The position numbers and the translations under genes were made by a program. Source: a virus (taxonomy: Duplodnaviria; Caudoviricetes). Taken from it: a stretch of DNA of 58,564 bases. The first letter of the stretch is position 1, and every line of letters begins with the position of its first letter. Shown piece after piece: positions 1 to 9,166 of the stretch. The DNA is taken from positions 1 through 58,564 of IMG/VR virus record IMGVR_UViG_3300006162_000015; one strand, 5' to 3'. Under the pieces are notes generated by a model. It made no database searches. It was not told where the DNA came from and worked only from the letters and a program-made list of their open reading frames with translations.

Positions 1-217
1 GTAATATAGTGTGTAATTCAAAACGGCCAACCTTGTATTTATTGTCGTAAAAACATAAAAGGCCTCTTATTCTATTATCAGAATGCCTATGGTCAACACT
101 AAGGTTATTTTTAAACGCCGATCTAGGCTTACCGCAGATACCGCATTTATTGCCGTGCTTATCTATAAGCTCTTGTCTAAGCGCGTCGATCTGTTTTTTG
201 GTATAAAGCTTACTCAA
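1..217 (-). CDS. Endonuclease VII-like nuclease (probable Holliday junction resolvase), 5' part; continues across the window ends
   Basis: Hand translation from TTG at 217: MSKLYTKKQIDALRQELIDKHGNKCGICGKPRSAFKNNLSVDHRHSDNRIRGLLCFY, with CxxC, DHxH and RGLLC motifs. Not in the ORF track because it runs off the edge. Confidence 0.8.
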   Translation of the reverse strand, partial: MSKLYTKKQIDALRQELIDKHGNKCGICGKPRSAFKNNLSVDHRHSDNRIRGLLCFYDNKYKVGRFELHTIL

Positions 218-452
218 TGATGCCATATATAATTCTTTCTAATTTTGTTGCGTCTCTTTTAATTTTAAAATAATCTTTAATGTCGTCATCGTCAGCAATC
301 CAGTGGTCGTTTTGATCTTTAATAGTCATAAGAATATAATTTATTCCGTCAAAAAATTTTATCAATGCAAGTTCTTTTTTCTTCATGTCAATATCAACAG
401 GAGAAGTAACTTTTGCTATTATAATCTTACCTATTAATTTCGCTTCGTCCAT
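210..452 (-). CDS. Small hypothetical protein with C-terminal TKLERIIY tag
   Basis: ORF track; packed between neighbours; ends DATKLERIIYGIIE. Confidence 0.7.
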   Translation of the reverse strand: MDEAKLIGKIIIAKVTSPVDIDMKKKELALIKFFDGINYILMTIKDQNDHWIADDDDIKDYFKIKRDATKLERIIYGIIE

Positions 453-1989
453 CTACAAGCTCTACTAATACTTTGTTTTCTATCATTGCTTTGACCGTTT
501 CGCTGTGTTCTACAATATATACGGAATCATAGTCTAAAGCAACTGTTTCTAGCATTTGTATTGCTTTCATTTTATTGCTGTCGTCTAGACCGTCTAAAGC
601 CTCGTCTAAGAATATCTGCCTAAAGTCTAATGCGTGGTGGGTGGCGACTGATTTCATTACCGCAATACCAAAGCATAACTTTAGCATTTGACGCTGACCT
701 TTAGATAGCTGAGTATAGGCGGCCTCGTTACCGTCTTTATTTATTGATACTTCTAATTTATCTGAGTCTGTAATCGTAAACCCCACAGAGATTTCGCCTT
801 CGAAATGCTCTCTTAATAGACGCGTAGTCTCTGTTTCTAGGCTTTCAACAGTATTTTCGATTAGTTCTGATCTAAAGGTATTTACAGCGTCGGCTAAAAT
901 CTCTAGATTTAGTTTCTCATCTAATACTTTTGCCTGTTCGGTTTCTATAGACGCGGCGGTAGCAAGTTCTTTATCGATGTCTTTAGATAGCTTTATAATA
1001 GTACTGGTATGAGGGTTTGTCTGTGCTTTAAAGTCTTGGATTTGGGTTTGATAAGTATTTTCTGAGTGTTGTAGTTCGTCTAGCCTGTTTATTAGACGCT
1101 CTAGCTCTTCGTTGTGGTGTTTTTGCTTTAATAACTCGTTTTCTAATTCTGCGCGTTTTAGATTTTCGCTAACCTTACCGCATTCTTTACACTTAGTGGT
1201 TTTAGGTAGAGCCTTTACCTTATTTTCATCTACATTAAATTGTATTTTTTCTAAACCTTCTATTTGGGCAGCTAAACTGTTTATTTGGGCTGCTTTAACA
1301 ATCTCAAAATTATCGGCTTTAGATTGTAATGCTGATATACGGTTATTGATCTCATGCGCCCATGAATCGTTTTTCTGCTGTATATTTTCTAATACCGACT
1401 TTAAAGAATCGATTTTAGCGTTTACTTTAGTATGGTTTATATCTAATGATTCTATCTGGGATTTAACTGTCTTAGTTTCTGTTTTTATTCGTTCTTGTAG
1501 TCTTATTGGTAGGCTAAGGTCTACAAGGCTTTCTGTAATAGCACGTCTGTTTTTAGCATTGGTAGTAAAAAACTGGGCTGTTTGGCTAAACTCATGAAAA
1601 TACGCGCCTGCAAGATATAATTCAGGCGTCATGCCTAAAAGCTCGTTTATTTGCTTCTGAGTGTCTGTAAGGTCTTTACCTCTAAATTGTTTAAGTCCTT
1701 CTGTATGCTTATAATAATATAAATCATTAGTTTTGCCTCTAATCCTTACTATTTCTGCGTTTTCTACGCATATAGTTACTTTAGTAACGCCGCCGTTCCA
1801 GGATTTTACCTCGTCTGCTTTACCGCCTTTAGAAGTTATGCCAAATAACCCCCAAGGTATTACGTCGCACAGCGTGCTTTTACCAGCGCCTGTAGGCCCG
1901 TGTATAAGAGTTACGCCCTGGCTGTCAAACGAGTACTCAAGTTTTTCATAAGAGGCAAAATTCTCGGCATATACGCTAATTACCTTCAT
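427..1989 (-). CDS. SbcC/Rad50 (T4 gp46-like) ATPase subunit of recombination nuclease
   Basis: Walker A GPTGAGKS, central coiled coil with CKEC zinc hook, signature LSKGQ, Walker B/D-loop FLDEALDGLD; start at MKVISV overlapping the upstream stop. Confidence 0.92.
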   Translation of the reverse strand: MKVISVYAENFASYEKLEYSFDSQGVTLIHGPTGAGKSTLCDVIPWGLFGITSKGGKADEVKSWNGGVTKVTICVENAEIVRIRGKTNDLYYYKHTEGLKQFRGKDLTDTQKQINELLGMTPELYLAGAYFHEFSQTAQFFTTNAKNRRAITESLVDLSLPIRLQERIKTETKTVKSQIESLDINHTKVNAKIDSLKSVLENIQQKNDSWAHEINNRISALQSKADNFEIVKAAQINSLAAQIEGLEKIQFNVDENKVKALPKTTKCKECGKVSENLKRAELENELLKQKHHNEELERLINRLDELQHSENTYQTQIQDFKAQTNPHTSTIIKLSKDIDKELATAASIETEQAKVLDEKLNLEILADAVNTFRSELIENTVESLETETTRLLREHFEGEISVGFTITDSDKLEVSINKDGNEAAYTQLSKGQRQMLKLCFGIAVMKSVATHHALDFRQIFLDEALDGLDDSNKMKAIQMLETVALDYDSVYIVEHSETVKAMIENKVLVELVDGRSEINR

Positions 1990-2987
1990 AAACCCTTCCA
2001 CTTGTCTTTAAGGGCTAGTTTACGCTCTTCACTAACGTCTGTCAAACCGTCTATAATTGCGTCTAATTGATCTGGCTTGGTTTTATGTATGGTTTTAACC
2101 TTACTTACTTCCGATGTAGTCGGTATTAAGTCTAGTTTAAAATTTTTAAGCGGGTATAGCATTTTAGATACATGATCTTTAGTTTTATTGGCAAGCTGCT
2201 CTTTCGAGCCTTTCATTTTAACCCATACTATGTCTCGGTCGCGCACGTCTTCTAAGGGTATTTTTCCTGTAATTTGCCACGCATCGTCGTTTGATTGCTC
2301 TACGTTTAATATAACATGTCTTCTAAGGTTAGTCGATACAAACTCAAGGCTTCCGTCGTCGTATAAGATTTGAAAGCCTTTTGCAGGATCGTTAGCCTCT
2401 GCAAATGTAAGCGTATAAGGGTTACCAACATAGTCCCATTGGCCGCTTTTAGGAAGTTTAATAGTCTGGCGGGTATGGTAGTGCCCGCTGATTATGCGGT
2501 GACCGGCTACGTCTTTAATTAATACCGCGCTTTTGTCTTGTATGTATTCGCCTGAATTAGATCCTGAAAGGCCTTGATGTACAATGTTTATGGCGTCTTT
2601 TATTAGACATTTTTTGAAAAATTTAGGATCGTGCTGGTAGGGTATAAAATTAATGCCTAGATCTGAATAGTATTTAGGCTGATCTACTATTACTGCAATA
2701 CCGCCAAAAAAATTAAGGGCGTGTTCTTGGCTTTTTTCGTTTACTTTGTCGTGGTTGCCTACTAGTACCCATGGTTGCATGTCTGCCAAGGCAAAAGTCT
2801 CTATCATTGCGTTCATGCATTCGGCGCGAATATTAGCTTTTGAATCATGCGTATCGCCACATACAATTAAGGGTACTTTAAAGTTATTAGACAATACTAT
2901 GGCTCTACGTACAGCCTCATCGGCTACATGCATAGTCTTTAAATTGTAGTGGATATCAGATATCAGAATCGCTTTCGGTTTCTTCAC
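1986..2987 (-). CDS. SbcD/Mre11 (T4 gp47-like) metallophosphoesterase nuclease subunit
   Basis: SDIH, CGDTHD, VGNHD, HQG and SGHYH calcineurin-like motifs; adjacent to the Rad50-like gene. Confidence 0.9.
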   Translation of the reverse strand: MKKPKAILISDIHYNLKTMHVADEAVRRAIVLSNNFKVPLIVCGDTHDSKANIRAECMNAMIETFALADMQPWVLVGNHDKVNEKSQEHALNFFGGIAVIVDQPKYYSDLGINFIPYQHDPKFFKKCLIKDAINIVHQGLSGSNSGEYIQDKSAVLIKDVAGHRIISGHYHTRQTIKLPKSGQWDYVGNPYTLTFAEANDPAKGFQILYDDGSLEFVSTNLRRHVILNVEQSNDDAWQITGKIPLEDVRDRDIVWVKMKGSKEQLANKTKDHVSKMLYPLKNFKLDLIPTTSEVSKVKTIHKTKPDQLDAIIDGLTDVSEERKLALKDKWKGL

Positions 2988-3873
2988 TTTGTTCTCCGCT
3001 TACTGTTGCTCCGTTAGCTGTGATCTCAAAGTCGAGTTGATGTAAACTAGTCTCAGACTGCGATAAGTGGTTTTTAGCTACAGTACCGCGAGTCAGTATT
3101 CCGTATTTAACTTTACGCCCTTTGATTACTTTAGTCAAAGTCTTGATGCGCTTTAGCCTTATAATGAGACTAGAATGAAATTCTATTTTTTTACCGCCAG
3201 ATTCAGCGTCGCCTACCTGCATAAAGCCGATTTTAGCGTATACCTGGTTTATAAGAAGTACTGAGATAGAGTCTGGGTATTTGTTTATAAGGCCTACAAA
3301 CATTTTCATTACAGCACCGTTTTCTTTAGCGTCTTGGCCAGGTTGACCGTGTTTTTCTGAGTCTAGTTCGCGTTCGGCAGCGCCTCGGGCTTGGCTGCCG
3401 CCTACTGAGTCCCATACGATGAATACTTTTGCGTTTGGGTATTTGTCTTTAGCCGCGATTGCAAGTTTTCGGACTTTTTCGCCCCCCTGAAGTATTTCGT
3501 TTGTTTTTACTACTAAAAGGTCTTTAGCCGACCCCTTAAACTTAGTATCGTACCTTTGGGCGTCTAACTTGTCTTCTGAGTCCCATACGATTACTATATG
3601 ATCTGTTTTTTGGGCAGATGCCATTGCTTCGCCTGCACATGTAGACTTACCTGAATCAGGAGGACCGCTTATCTGTACTATCTTGTTGTAAGGCAGACAA
3701 GGCAGCCCTGCAAGCTCTCTAACTGGGTGGGTAGGCGGCAATTTAACGCCATCTGTTTCTTTATATTCTTGGCGTATACTATCGCCAGTCGTAATCATAC
3801 CTTGAGATTTTTTGTCTTTTTTATACTGTTCTTGTACTGTGTTTACTATCGCTGATAAATCAAATTTACTCAT
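2956..3873 (-). CDS. RecA/UvsX-like recombinase
   Basis: Walker A GPPDSGKS, Walker B IVWDSV, LINQ and SGGKKIEFHSS RecA-family motifs. Confidence 0.9.
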   Translation of the reverse strand: MSKFDLSAIVNTVQEQYKKDKKSQGMITTGDSIRQEYKETDGVKLPPTHPVRELAGLPCLPYNKIVQISGPPDSGKSTCAGEAMASAQKTDHIVIVWDSEDKLDAQRYDTKFKGSAKDLLVVKTNEILQGGEKVRKLAIAAKDKYPNAKVFIVWDSVGGSQARGAAERELDSEKHGQPGQDAKENGAVMKMFVGLINKYPDSISVLLINQVYAKIGFMQVGDAESGGKKIEFHSSLIIRLKRIKTLTKVIKGRKVKYGILTRGTVAKNHLSQSETSLHQLDFEITANGATVSGEQSEETESDSDI

Positions 3874-3891
3874 TTTTTAAATCCTTCCATA

Positions 3892-4281
3892 TCATTCAAA
3901 TTTCCCTTTGGCTATAGCTCTGTAATGGAGGTGTGCGTCTTTAAATATACCGAATAATCGAAACATTTCATCTCTAGTTACTTCAGCGTCGTCTAATGTG
4001 CCTTGTTCGGCGTTTACTTTCTCGTCTTTATCTACTATAGCATTGAGTAAAGAATCTGAGGGCTTTTTTTCGTTTGCGGTTGCCTCTTTATGAAAAACCT
4101 CTGCTTTAGTCTGTTTTACTAACGCCTTTAAGAGTCGTGCATTAAGATCTAACTGTCGTATCTCTTCTGAGACCTGAATTTGAGCTGCTAAAAACTCGCC
4201 TGCAAGGGCTTCGGCTTCGGATACGGTTACACCTTCTGTATAGCTTGCAATTATTTTGGCTTCCAATGCTTTGTAGTTCAT
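3892..4281 (-). CDS. Helical protein, possibly a UvsY-like recombination mediator
   Basis: All-helical 129 aa ORF directly upstream of the RecA-like gene; function inferred from context only. Confidence 0.4.
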   Translation of the reverse strand: MNYKALEAKIIASYTEGVTVSEAEALAGEFLAAQIQVSEEIRQLDLNARLLKALVKQTKAEVFHKEATANEKKPSDSLLNAIVDKDEKVNAEQGTLDDAEVTRDEMFRLFGIFKDAHLHYRAIAKGKFE

Positions 4282-4288
4282 TTTTACC

Positions 4289-4723
4289 TCAAAAGTTAAT
4301 TCCGACCGATAAGCCTATAGTACCATTAGTTAGCCCAAAAACTCCTAAAGTTAGAGGGCCTACAAATTCCTTAGAGACGCTTATACCGTATAGAGGTATA
4401 CCGAGGTCGTGTATAGAAGTGCCGACTAATGCTGATAGGTTGATTTTACTACCGCCTTTAACCGTAACGGTTTGAGACTTAGTATCCGAGTCTTTATTAT
4501 CTACTTGGTCTTTTACAGTATCTATGACTGTGACAACTGTACTCGATCCGTCCGGACTTTTTTTTTCTGTAATAGTTTCTCGCTGGTGTGTATCTGTTTT
4601 TACAGTCTCGTCGACTTTAGTCTCAGATTTGGTATTTGTAGTAATCGTAGCCGTGTAGTGCCCTAAGGCGTACGCTATTACCATCAGCACTGTGATTAAT
4701 ATAGCAATTCCCTTAACGTTCAT
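4289..4723 (-). CDS. Membrane-anchored protein (N-terminal TM helix, C-terminal beta strands ending in F)
   Basis: IAILITVLMVIAYALG hydrophobic segment; C-terminus GTIGLSVGINF; RBS ggagg upstream. Confidence 0.55.
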   Translation of the reverse strand: MNVKGIAILITVLMVIAYALGHYTATITTNTKSETKVDETVKTDTHQRETITEKKSPDGSSTVVTVIDTVKDQVDNKDSDTKSQTVTVKGGSKINLSALVGTSIHDLGIPLYGISVSKEFVGPLTLGVFGLTNGTIGLSVGINF

Positions 4724-4801
4724 ATAGCCTCCGTTAGAATTGCCCAGGCGGTCAGGGGGTGCTGCCGCCCAGGCTTATGCGCATCAGGATGGAATTACAG
4801 G

Positions 4802-5035
4802 TTAAACGTCTTTTTTATAAATGTCAAGGTTATTGTTTCGAATTTCTTCGTAAAGCTTGTCTTTAAGGATGTACTCGGCTTGCTTTACAAGACTATCAAA
4901 ATCTTTAGGCATTATGTAGTCTTGACCGTAATGTTTAGTAATATCTACTGCGGTTAGGCGTAGTCTTTCTTTTGCTATAGAGTATTCTTCAAATAACTTT
5001 TGGAGTAGCTGTATTTGTGATTTAAGGTTTTTCAT
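4802..5035 (-). CDS. Hypothetical protein
   Basis: ORF track, in operon orientation. Confidence 0.6.
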   Translation of the reverse strand: MKNLKSQIQLLQKLFEEYSIAKERLRLTAVDITKHYGQDYIMPKDFDSLVKQAEYILKDKLYEEIRNNNLDIYKKDV

Positions 5036-5126
5036 CTACCCCCCATATAATTCTTTCTAATTTAGAAGCTTTACGTATTTTTTTTAATTCCGCAATTAAT
5101 GAATCTTTCGTGTACGTTTTCATCAT
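5022..5126 (-). pseudogene. 34 aa chimeric mini-ORF: probable restriction endonuclease N-terminus fused to the phage LERII tag
   Basis: MMKTYTKDSLIAELKKIR-KASKLERIIWGVDEKP; ATGA-coupled to the MTase stop; the first half resembles, from recall, the start of MvaI/BcnI-family endonucleases. Confidence 0.5.
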
Positions 5127-5959
5127 GCATCTGCATCACGAAATAACGATAAATTATCGTTCTCACCGGCTTTGACCGATTTTTTACTTTTCTCAGCTTG
5201 GAATGGGTCAATACCGGTCTTCTCATAACCTTTGATTCTCTGTCTCGCTAGCTCACAATATTCTTTTGATATCTCTATCCCGATAAAATCCCTACCGGCT
5301 TTTTTCGCAGCTAACGCAGTTGTTCCTGAACCCATAAATGGGTCTAAAACAATTTTTGCTTTTTCCGGCGTTGATTTAATAATTCTATCTATTAATGCAA
5401 CAGGAAAAGGAGCTGGATGCTTATTATTCATTTCCTGCGGAAAATTCCAAATATCTCCAAAAGCATTGGCTTTCGGGGCTAATTTAAAAGCTGGCTTTGT
5501 AATCATATAAATAACTTCATAAGTAGGTAAAAAATAACCGGGATTGAAATTGATGCCCCCTGCTCTTTGCCAAATCAAAATCTGCCGTACCGGAAAACCA
5601 CCCACAATATCTTGTCGATTTTGAATCAAACCCGCTTGCACGCGCCATTTATGATTGTAAAAAAAAGCCCCATCATTTTTTAAAACACGAAGAACTTCTG
5701 TAATTAAATTTCTCTGCCATGTAGCATACTCGTCATGAGGCATATTATCGCCATAGGTGGCGTAGCCTTTTAAAAGTGCTGCGTTTGACCACTTGCCTCC
5801 TCGACCATCTTTCATTCCGTTGCCCGTCGAGTTTTTCAAATTATAAGGCGGTGACGTTATCGCCAAATCTATACTTTCATCCGGCAATTCTTTTAAAGCC
5901 TCAATCGAATCACTACAGATTATTTTATTAACAAATTTACTTAAATCTTTCTTACCCAC
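5123..5959 (-). CDS. DNA N4-cytosine/N6-adenine methyltransferase (beta class), orphan
   Basis: Catalytic TSPPYN near the N-terminus, HPAPFP, SAM-binding LDPFMGSGTT, FIGIE. Confidence 0.95.
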   Translation of the reverse strand: MGKKDLSKFVNKIICSDSIEALKELPDESIDLAITSPPYNLKNSTGNGMKDGRGGKWSNAALLKGYATYGDNMPHDEYATWQRNLITEVLRVLKNDGAFFYNHKWRVQAGLIQNRQDIVGGFPVRQILIWQRAGGINFNPGYFLPTYEVIYMITKPAFKLAPKANAFGDIWNFPQEMNNKHPAPFPVALIDRIIKSTPEKAKIVLDPFMGSGTTALAAKKAGRDFIGIEISKEYCELARQRIKGYEKTGIDPFQAEKSKKSVKAGENDNLSLFRDADA

Positions 5960-6247
5960 GCTTATCCGCCTTTCTCAAGATGCTGACATTAATTCCTGTT
6001 ACGATTGTTGTTTTTTAAACTCTTGAAAACACAATTTTTCGAGTATTTCTTCATTGGTCACAAGACCTTTATTCTTTGATTTTATTTCATCCATAGTATG
6101 CGATTGATCCATCCTACTAATATCGCCAGCAGCAGTATTACTATCCATATATCCATTAATTTACCATAAAATAAGTAACCGTAAGAAGGATTACTATAAA
6201 CCCAAGCGTTAGTATCGCGTTTATTTCAGATTGAGTCAAATCATTTC

Positions 6248-6487
6248 TCATAAATCCTCCGCTTCAAATATTATAAGCTCTAATTCTGTAGTAAGCAACC
6301 TGTCGTAAGGGCTGTCGGCGACTAACCAGCCTTCTTTAATCTCTAAATCTTTAACTACGTTACTAATATACCTATTACGCTTAAACCTACAAAAAATCTC
6401 GTTATCTATGTTAGGCTTGTTATTTAAGACTTTGAAAGCAAAATTAGAATTTTTGTCGTAGCAGACCTCGCCTATCTTTTTATTCAC
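6248..6487 (-). CDS. Small hypothetical protein with degenerate C-terminal tag (TELELIIF)
   Basis: ORF track; ends LLTTELELIIFEAEDL. Confidence 0.6.
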   Translation of the reverse strand: MNKKIGEVCYDKNSNFAFKVLNNKPNIDNEIFCRFKRNRYISNVVKDLEIKEGWLVADSPYDRLLTTELELIIFEAEDL

Positions 6488-6698
6488 TAGTGCACTTGCC
6501 TTCTGAGACTTTAATATTATAGTAAGATCCTACGTATTCCTGCTCTCTAGCGTATTTACTAAAATCTACGTATAGGTTTTCACCTTCTATTTTAGTAATC
6601 CTGCCTTTAGCGGCGGTTTCATACCCGTACTCCATTTGTCCAGTACTAGTCTTCAGAGTTACGTTAATCAAACACCATACTATTACGCCTACGTGCAT
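6480..6698 (-). CDS. Small hypothetical protein, first gene of the leftward early operon
   Basis: Strong RBS (aggagg) upstream of ATG; promoter immediately upstream. Confidence 0.65.
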   Translation of the reverse strand: MHVGVIVWCLINVTLKTSTGQMEYGYETAAKGRITKIEGENLYVDFSKYAREQEYVGSYYNIKVSEGKCTSE

Positions 6699-6714
6699 AA
6701 ACCCTCCTATTTAA

Positions 6715-6750
6715 TTATAGTACTTATCGGAAGTATTTGCAAATACTTTA
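6715..6750 (-). promoter_or_regulatory. Sigma-28 (FliA)-type promoter with nested sigma-70 promoter
   Basis: Minus strand TAAA-N15-TCCGATAA, interleaved with TTGCAA-N17-TATAAT. Confidence 0.7.
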
Positions 6751-6878
6751 GCGGTAGAGTATGATTTTGGCATTGCTTAAAGCTAATACGTACGCTAATG
6801 CTTAGGCGTATCGCGCGGCACATCGTTTGCTTTATTCAAAAAAACATTAAAAAAAAGATTACGCGTAAAGCTTATACG

Positions 6879-6908
6879 ATTATACTAACGCTTTAGCCAC
6901 AGTGTCAA
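6879..6908 (-). promoter_or_regulatory. Consensus sigma-70 promoter
   Basis: Minus strand TTGACA-N18-TATAAT in the divergent non-coding region. Confidence 0.7.
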
Positions 6909-6982
6909 CACTTATTTTTCTATGCCAAGGCCTATAACGCCAAATCGCATATATTTGATCTAAGAAAAAAGTATACAAGCCC

Positions 6983-7009
6983 TAAAGTATTTGATAGATT
7001 AACCGATAT
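6983..7009 (+). promoter_or_regulatory. Sigma-28 (FliA)-type promoter
   Basis: TAAA-N15-ACCGATAT just upstream of RBS ggagg and the ATG at 7026. Confidence 0.65.
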
Positions 7010-7025
7010 AACTTTTGGAGGACAT

Positions 7026-7505
7026 ATGAAACACACTATAATTACTATAAGCCTTTTATTAGCCGCTTGCGGCACGCATTACGACCCAGGGTTTGTCACC
7101 CAGCCTACTGTCTCCGAAAGCCCTGCCACGGCCTCACAATGCCCTTCAGGGGGCATCGTAATAGTAGTAGATAACGGGACGCCTCAAGCTATCTGTAACG
7201 GAATTGCTGGGGCTGTAGGCCAAACAGGTGCTACCGGCCCTCAGGGTCCGCAAGGAAACCCTGGACCTCAAGGCACCCCAGGAGTTGATATAACGCCTAT
7301 TACTTGGGTTCAGTTCTGCGCGCCTACGACGGCATACCCAAATACCTTCTCAGAAGGCGGGTTTTGTATAGCCGGCAACCTTTATGCCGTTTACTCTATT
7401 AACGGTGGGTTTATGACGCTTATACCGCCTGGAGTTTATAGCTCAAACGGCGTAAACTCTACGTGTACGTTTACAGTACAAGCCAATTGCGTGGTTACTC
7501 ACTAA
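7026..7505 (+). CDS. Lipoprotein with collagen-like Gly-X-Y repeat
   Basis: Lipobox LLLAAC; GAVGQTGATGPQGPQGNPGPQGTPG; Cys-rich C-terminal domain. Confidence 0.8.
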   Translation: MKHTIITISLLLAACGTHYDPGFVTQPTVSESPATASQCPSGGIVIVVDNGTPQAICNGIAGAVGQTGATGPQGPQGNPGPQGTPGVDITPITWVQFCAPTTAYPNTFSEGGFCIAGNLYAVYSINGGFMTLIPPGVYSSNGVNSTCTFTVQANCVVTH

Positions 7506-7759
7506 TGGTCACAATAACGGTAGATAACTCTTATTCTAGGATTACAGGTTTGTCATTAAAGGACGAAAAAGATCTTAAAGACAAGCTTTCGTATATAGTC
7601 GGCGGCAGTAATAGTTATTTTTCTAAGTTTGGGCCTAGAAAGAGGAGTTTGTTAGGCAAACGAGGCGACTACCCTTCAGGCCTAAACCATAAAGTAATCG
7701 CGTTTTTAAAAAATCGCAAATTGCGATATGAAGTAAAAGACGTTAGGGTAGAACCTTGA
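7505..7759 (+). CDS. Probable N-terminal domain of a split UvsW-like helicase
   Basis: ATG coupled to the upstream stop; ends YEVKDVRVEP, where UvsW-like helicases normally continue into the Q motif; 4-nt overlap with the helicase ORF. Confidence 0.55.
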   Translation: MVTITVDNSYSRITGLSLKDEKDLKDKLSYIVGGSNSYFSKFGPRKRSLLGKRGDYPSGLNHKVIAFLKNRKLRYEVKDVRVEP

Positions 7760-8757
7760 AGCCTTATCTTGACCAATTAAAAGCCGTAGAGGCGGCTGTT
7801 AAGCATAAGCGCGGTACTATATCTATGCCTACAGGCTCGGGCAAGTCACATGTAATAAGGCTTATAATAGAAAGACTAAACCTTAAAACACTTGTAGTAG
7901 TACCAAGCCTTGAGATTAAGCGTCAATTAAAGCATACGCTTAAAGGTCTTAAAAACGTTACCGTAGAGAATATAGATTCTAAAGCACTTAGGTACATGAC
8001 AAATTTTGACATATTAATCATAGACGAGTGTCACCACGTTGCAGCCAAGACATACCAAAAGCTAAACAAAGTAGCCTGGACTAAGATATATTACCGTTTT
8101 TTGTTTACGGCAACGCCTTTTAGAAACGATTCCGAAGAAACCTTGTTATTTGAGGCTATATGCGGAGAGGTGATATACCGCCTGTCTTACGCCGATGCCG
8201 TAAAAGCAGGGTATATAGTCCCTGTAGACGCCTTTTACGTAGAGTCTACTAAAAAAGAGACTGAAGCCTATACATACCGCCAAGTCTACAACGAGCTTGT
8301 AGTAAATAACCTTTCCAGAAATCTACTTCTTAGCTCACTTATGCTGAAGCTAAACGGGTCGCCTACGCTTTGCTTAGTAAGAGAAGTACTGCATGGGCAG
8401 ATCTTATCAGACCTTACAGGATATCCGTTTGTATCTGGCGAAGACGACGAGTCTAGAGATTACATAGATTTATTTAATCGAGGCGAGATTACGACGCTTG
8501 TAGGTACTACAGGTATACTCGGAGAAGGCGTCGACTCTAAGCCTGCCGAGTATATAATAATAGCGGGCTTAGGCAAGGCTAAAAGCCAGTTTATGCAACA
8601 AGTAGGCCGAGGCGTTAGAAAGCACGCAAATAAAGAATCTTGCAAGGTAATCCTAGTAAAAGATAAAAGCCATAAATTTACCTTGCGTCATTTCAATAGT
8701 CAGGCTAGTATATTAAAAGAAGAATATGGCGTTAAACCTATTAGGATAGATATATGA
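7756..8757 (+). CDS. Superfamily 2 DEAD/DExH helicase (UvsW-like)
   Basis: PTGSGKS, DECHH, TATP, EGVD and QQVGRGVR helicase motifs. Confidence 0.92.
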   Translation: MKPYLDQLKAVEAAVKHKRGTISMPTGSGKSHVIRLIIERLNLKTLVVVPSLEIKRQLKHTLKGLKNVTVENIDSKALRYMTNFDILIIDECHHVAAKTYQKLNKVAWTKIYYRFLFTATPFRNDSEETLLFEAICGEVIYRLSYADAVKAGYIVPVDAFYVESTKKETEAYTYRQVYNELVVNNLSRNLLLSSLMLKLNGSPTLCLVREVLHGQILSDLTGYPFVSGEDDESRDYIDLFNRGEITTLVGTTGILGEGVDSKPAEYIIIAGLGKAKSQFMQQVGRGVRKHANKESCKVILVKDKSHKFTLRHFNSQASILKEEYGVKPIRIDI

Positions 8758-9158
8758 ACTTAATACTTAAAAGAACGGATTTTATAGATACAGGCATATT
8801 TGGTTTATTGACTGATACCGACGGCAATCAAGTAGCTGTTACTTTAGAACATGCATTTGATTCGGGCAACGGCGACGGCACATACGCCCCTAAGATACCA
8901 AATGGGGTTTATACGTGCCAGCGCAGCCAGCATAGATTAGAAGGCATGGACCATGATTTTACTACGTTTCAAATAATGAATGTCCCTAACCATACAAATA
9001 TACTGTTTCACTGGGGTAACTATAACCAAGACTCAGACGGCTGCGTACTTTTAGGCAACGAGCGTAACGGCGATATGATTATGAATAGCAAGGTTACATT
9101 CCAAAAATTTATGGACTTGCAAAACGGTTTAGACACATTTACACTAACTGTAACTTAA
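8754..9158 (+). CDS. DUF5675-like putative cell-wall hydrolase (endolysin candidate)
   Basis: LKR...G.FG.L, TLE, IPNGVY, ILFHWGN, DSDGCVLLG pattern typical of DUF5675. Confidence 0.7.
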   Translation: MNLILKRTDFIDTGIFGLLTDTDGNQVAVTLEHAFDSGNGDGTYAPKIPNGVYTCQRSQHRLEGMDHDFTTFQIMNVPNHTNILFHWGNYNQDSDGCVLLGNERNGDMIMNSKVTFQKFMDLQNGLDTFTLTVT

Positions 9159-9166
9159 GGAGACGC

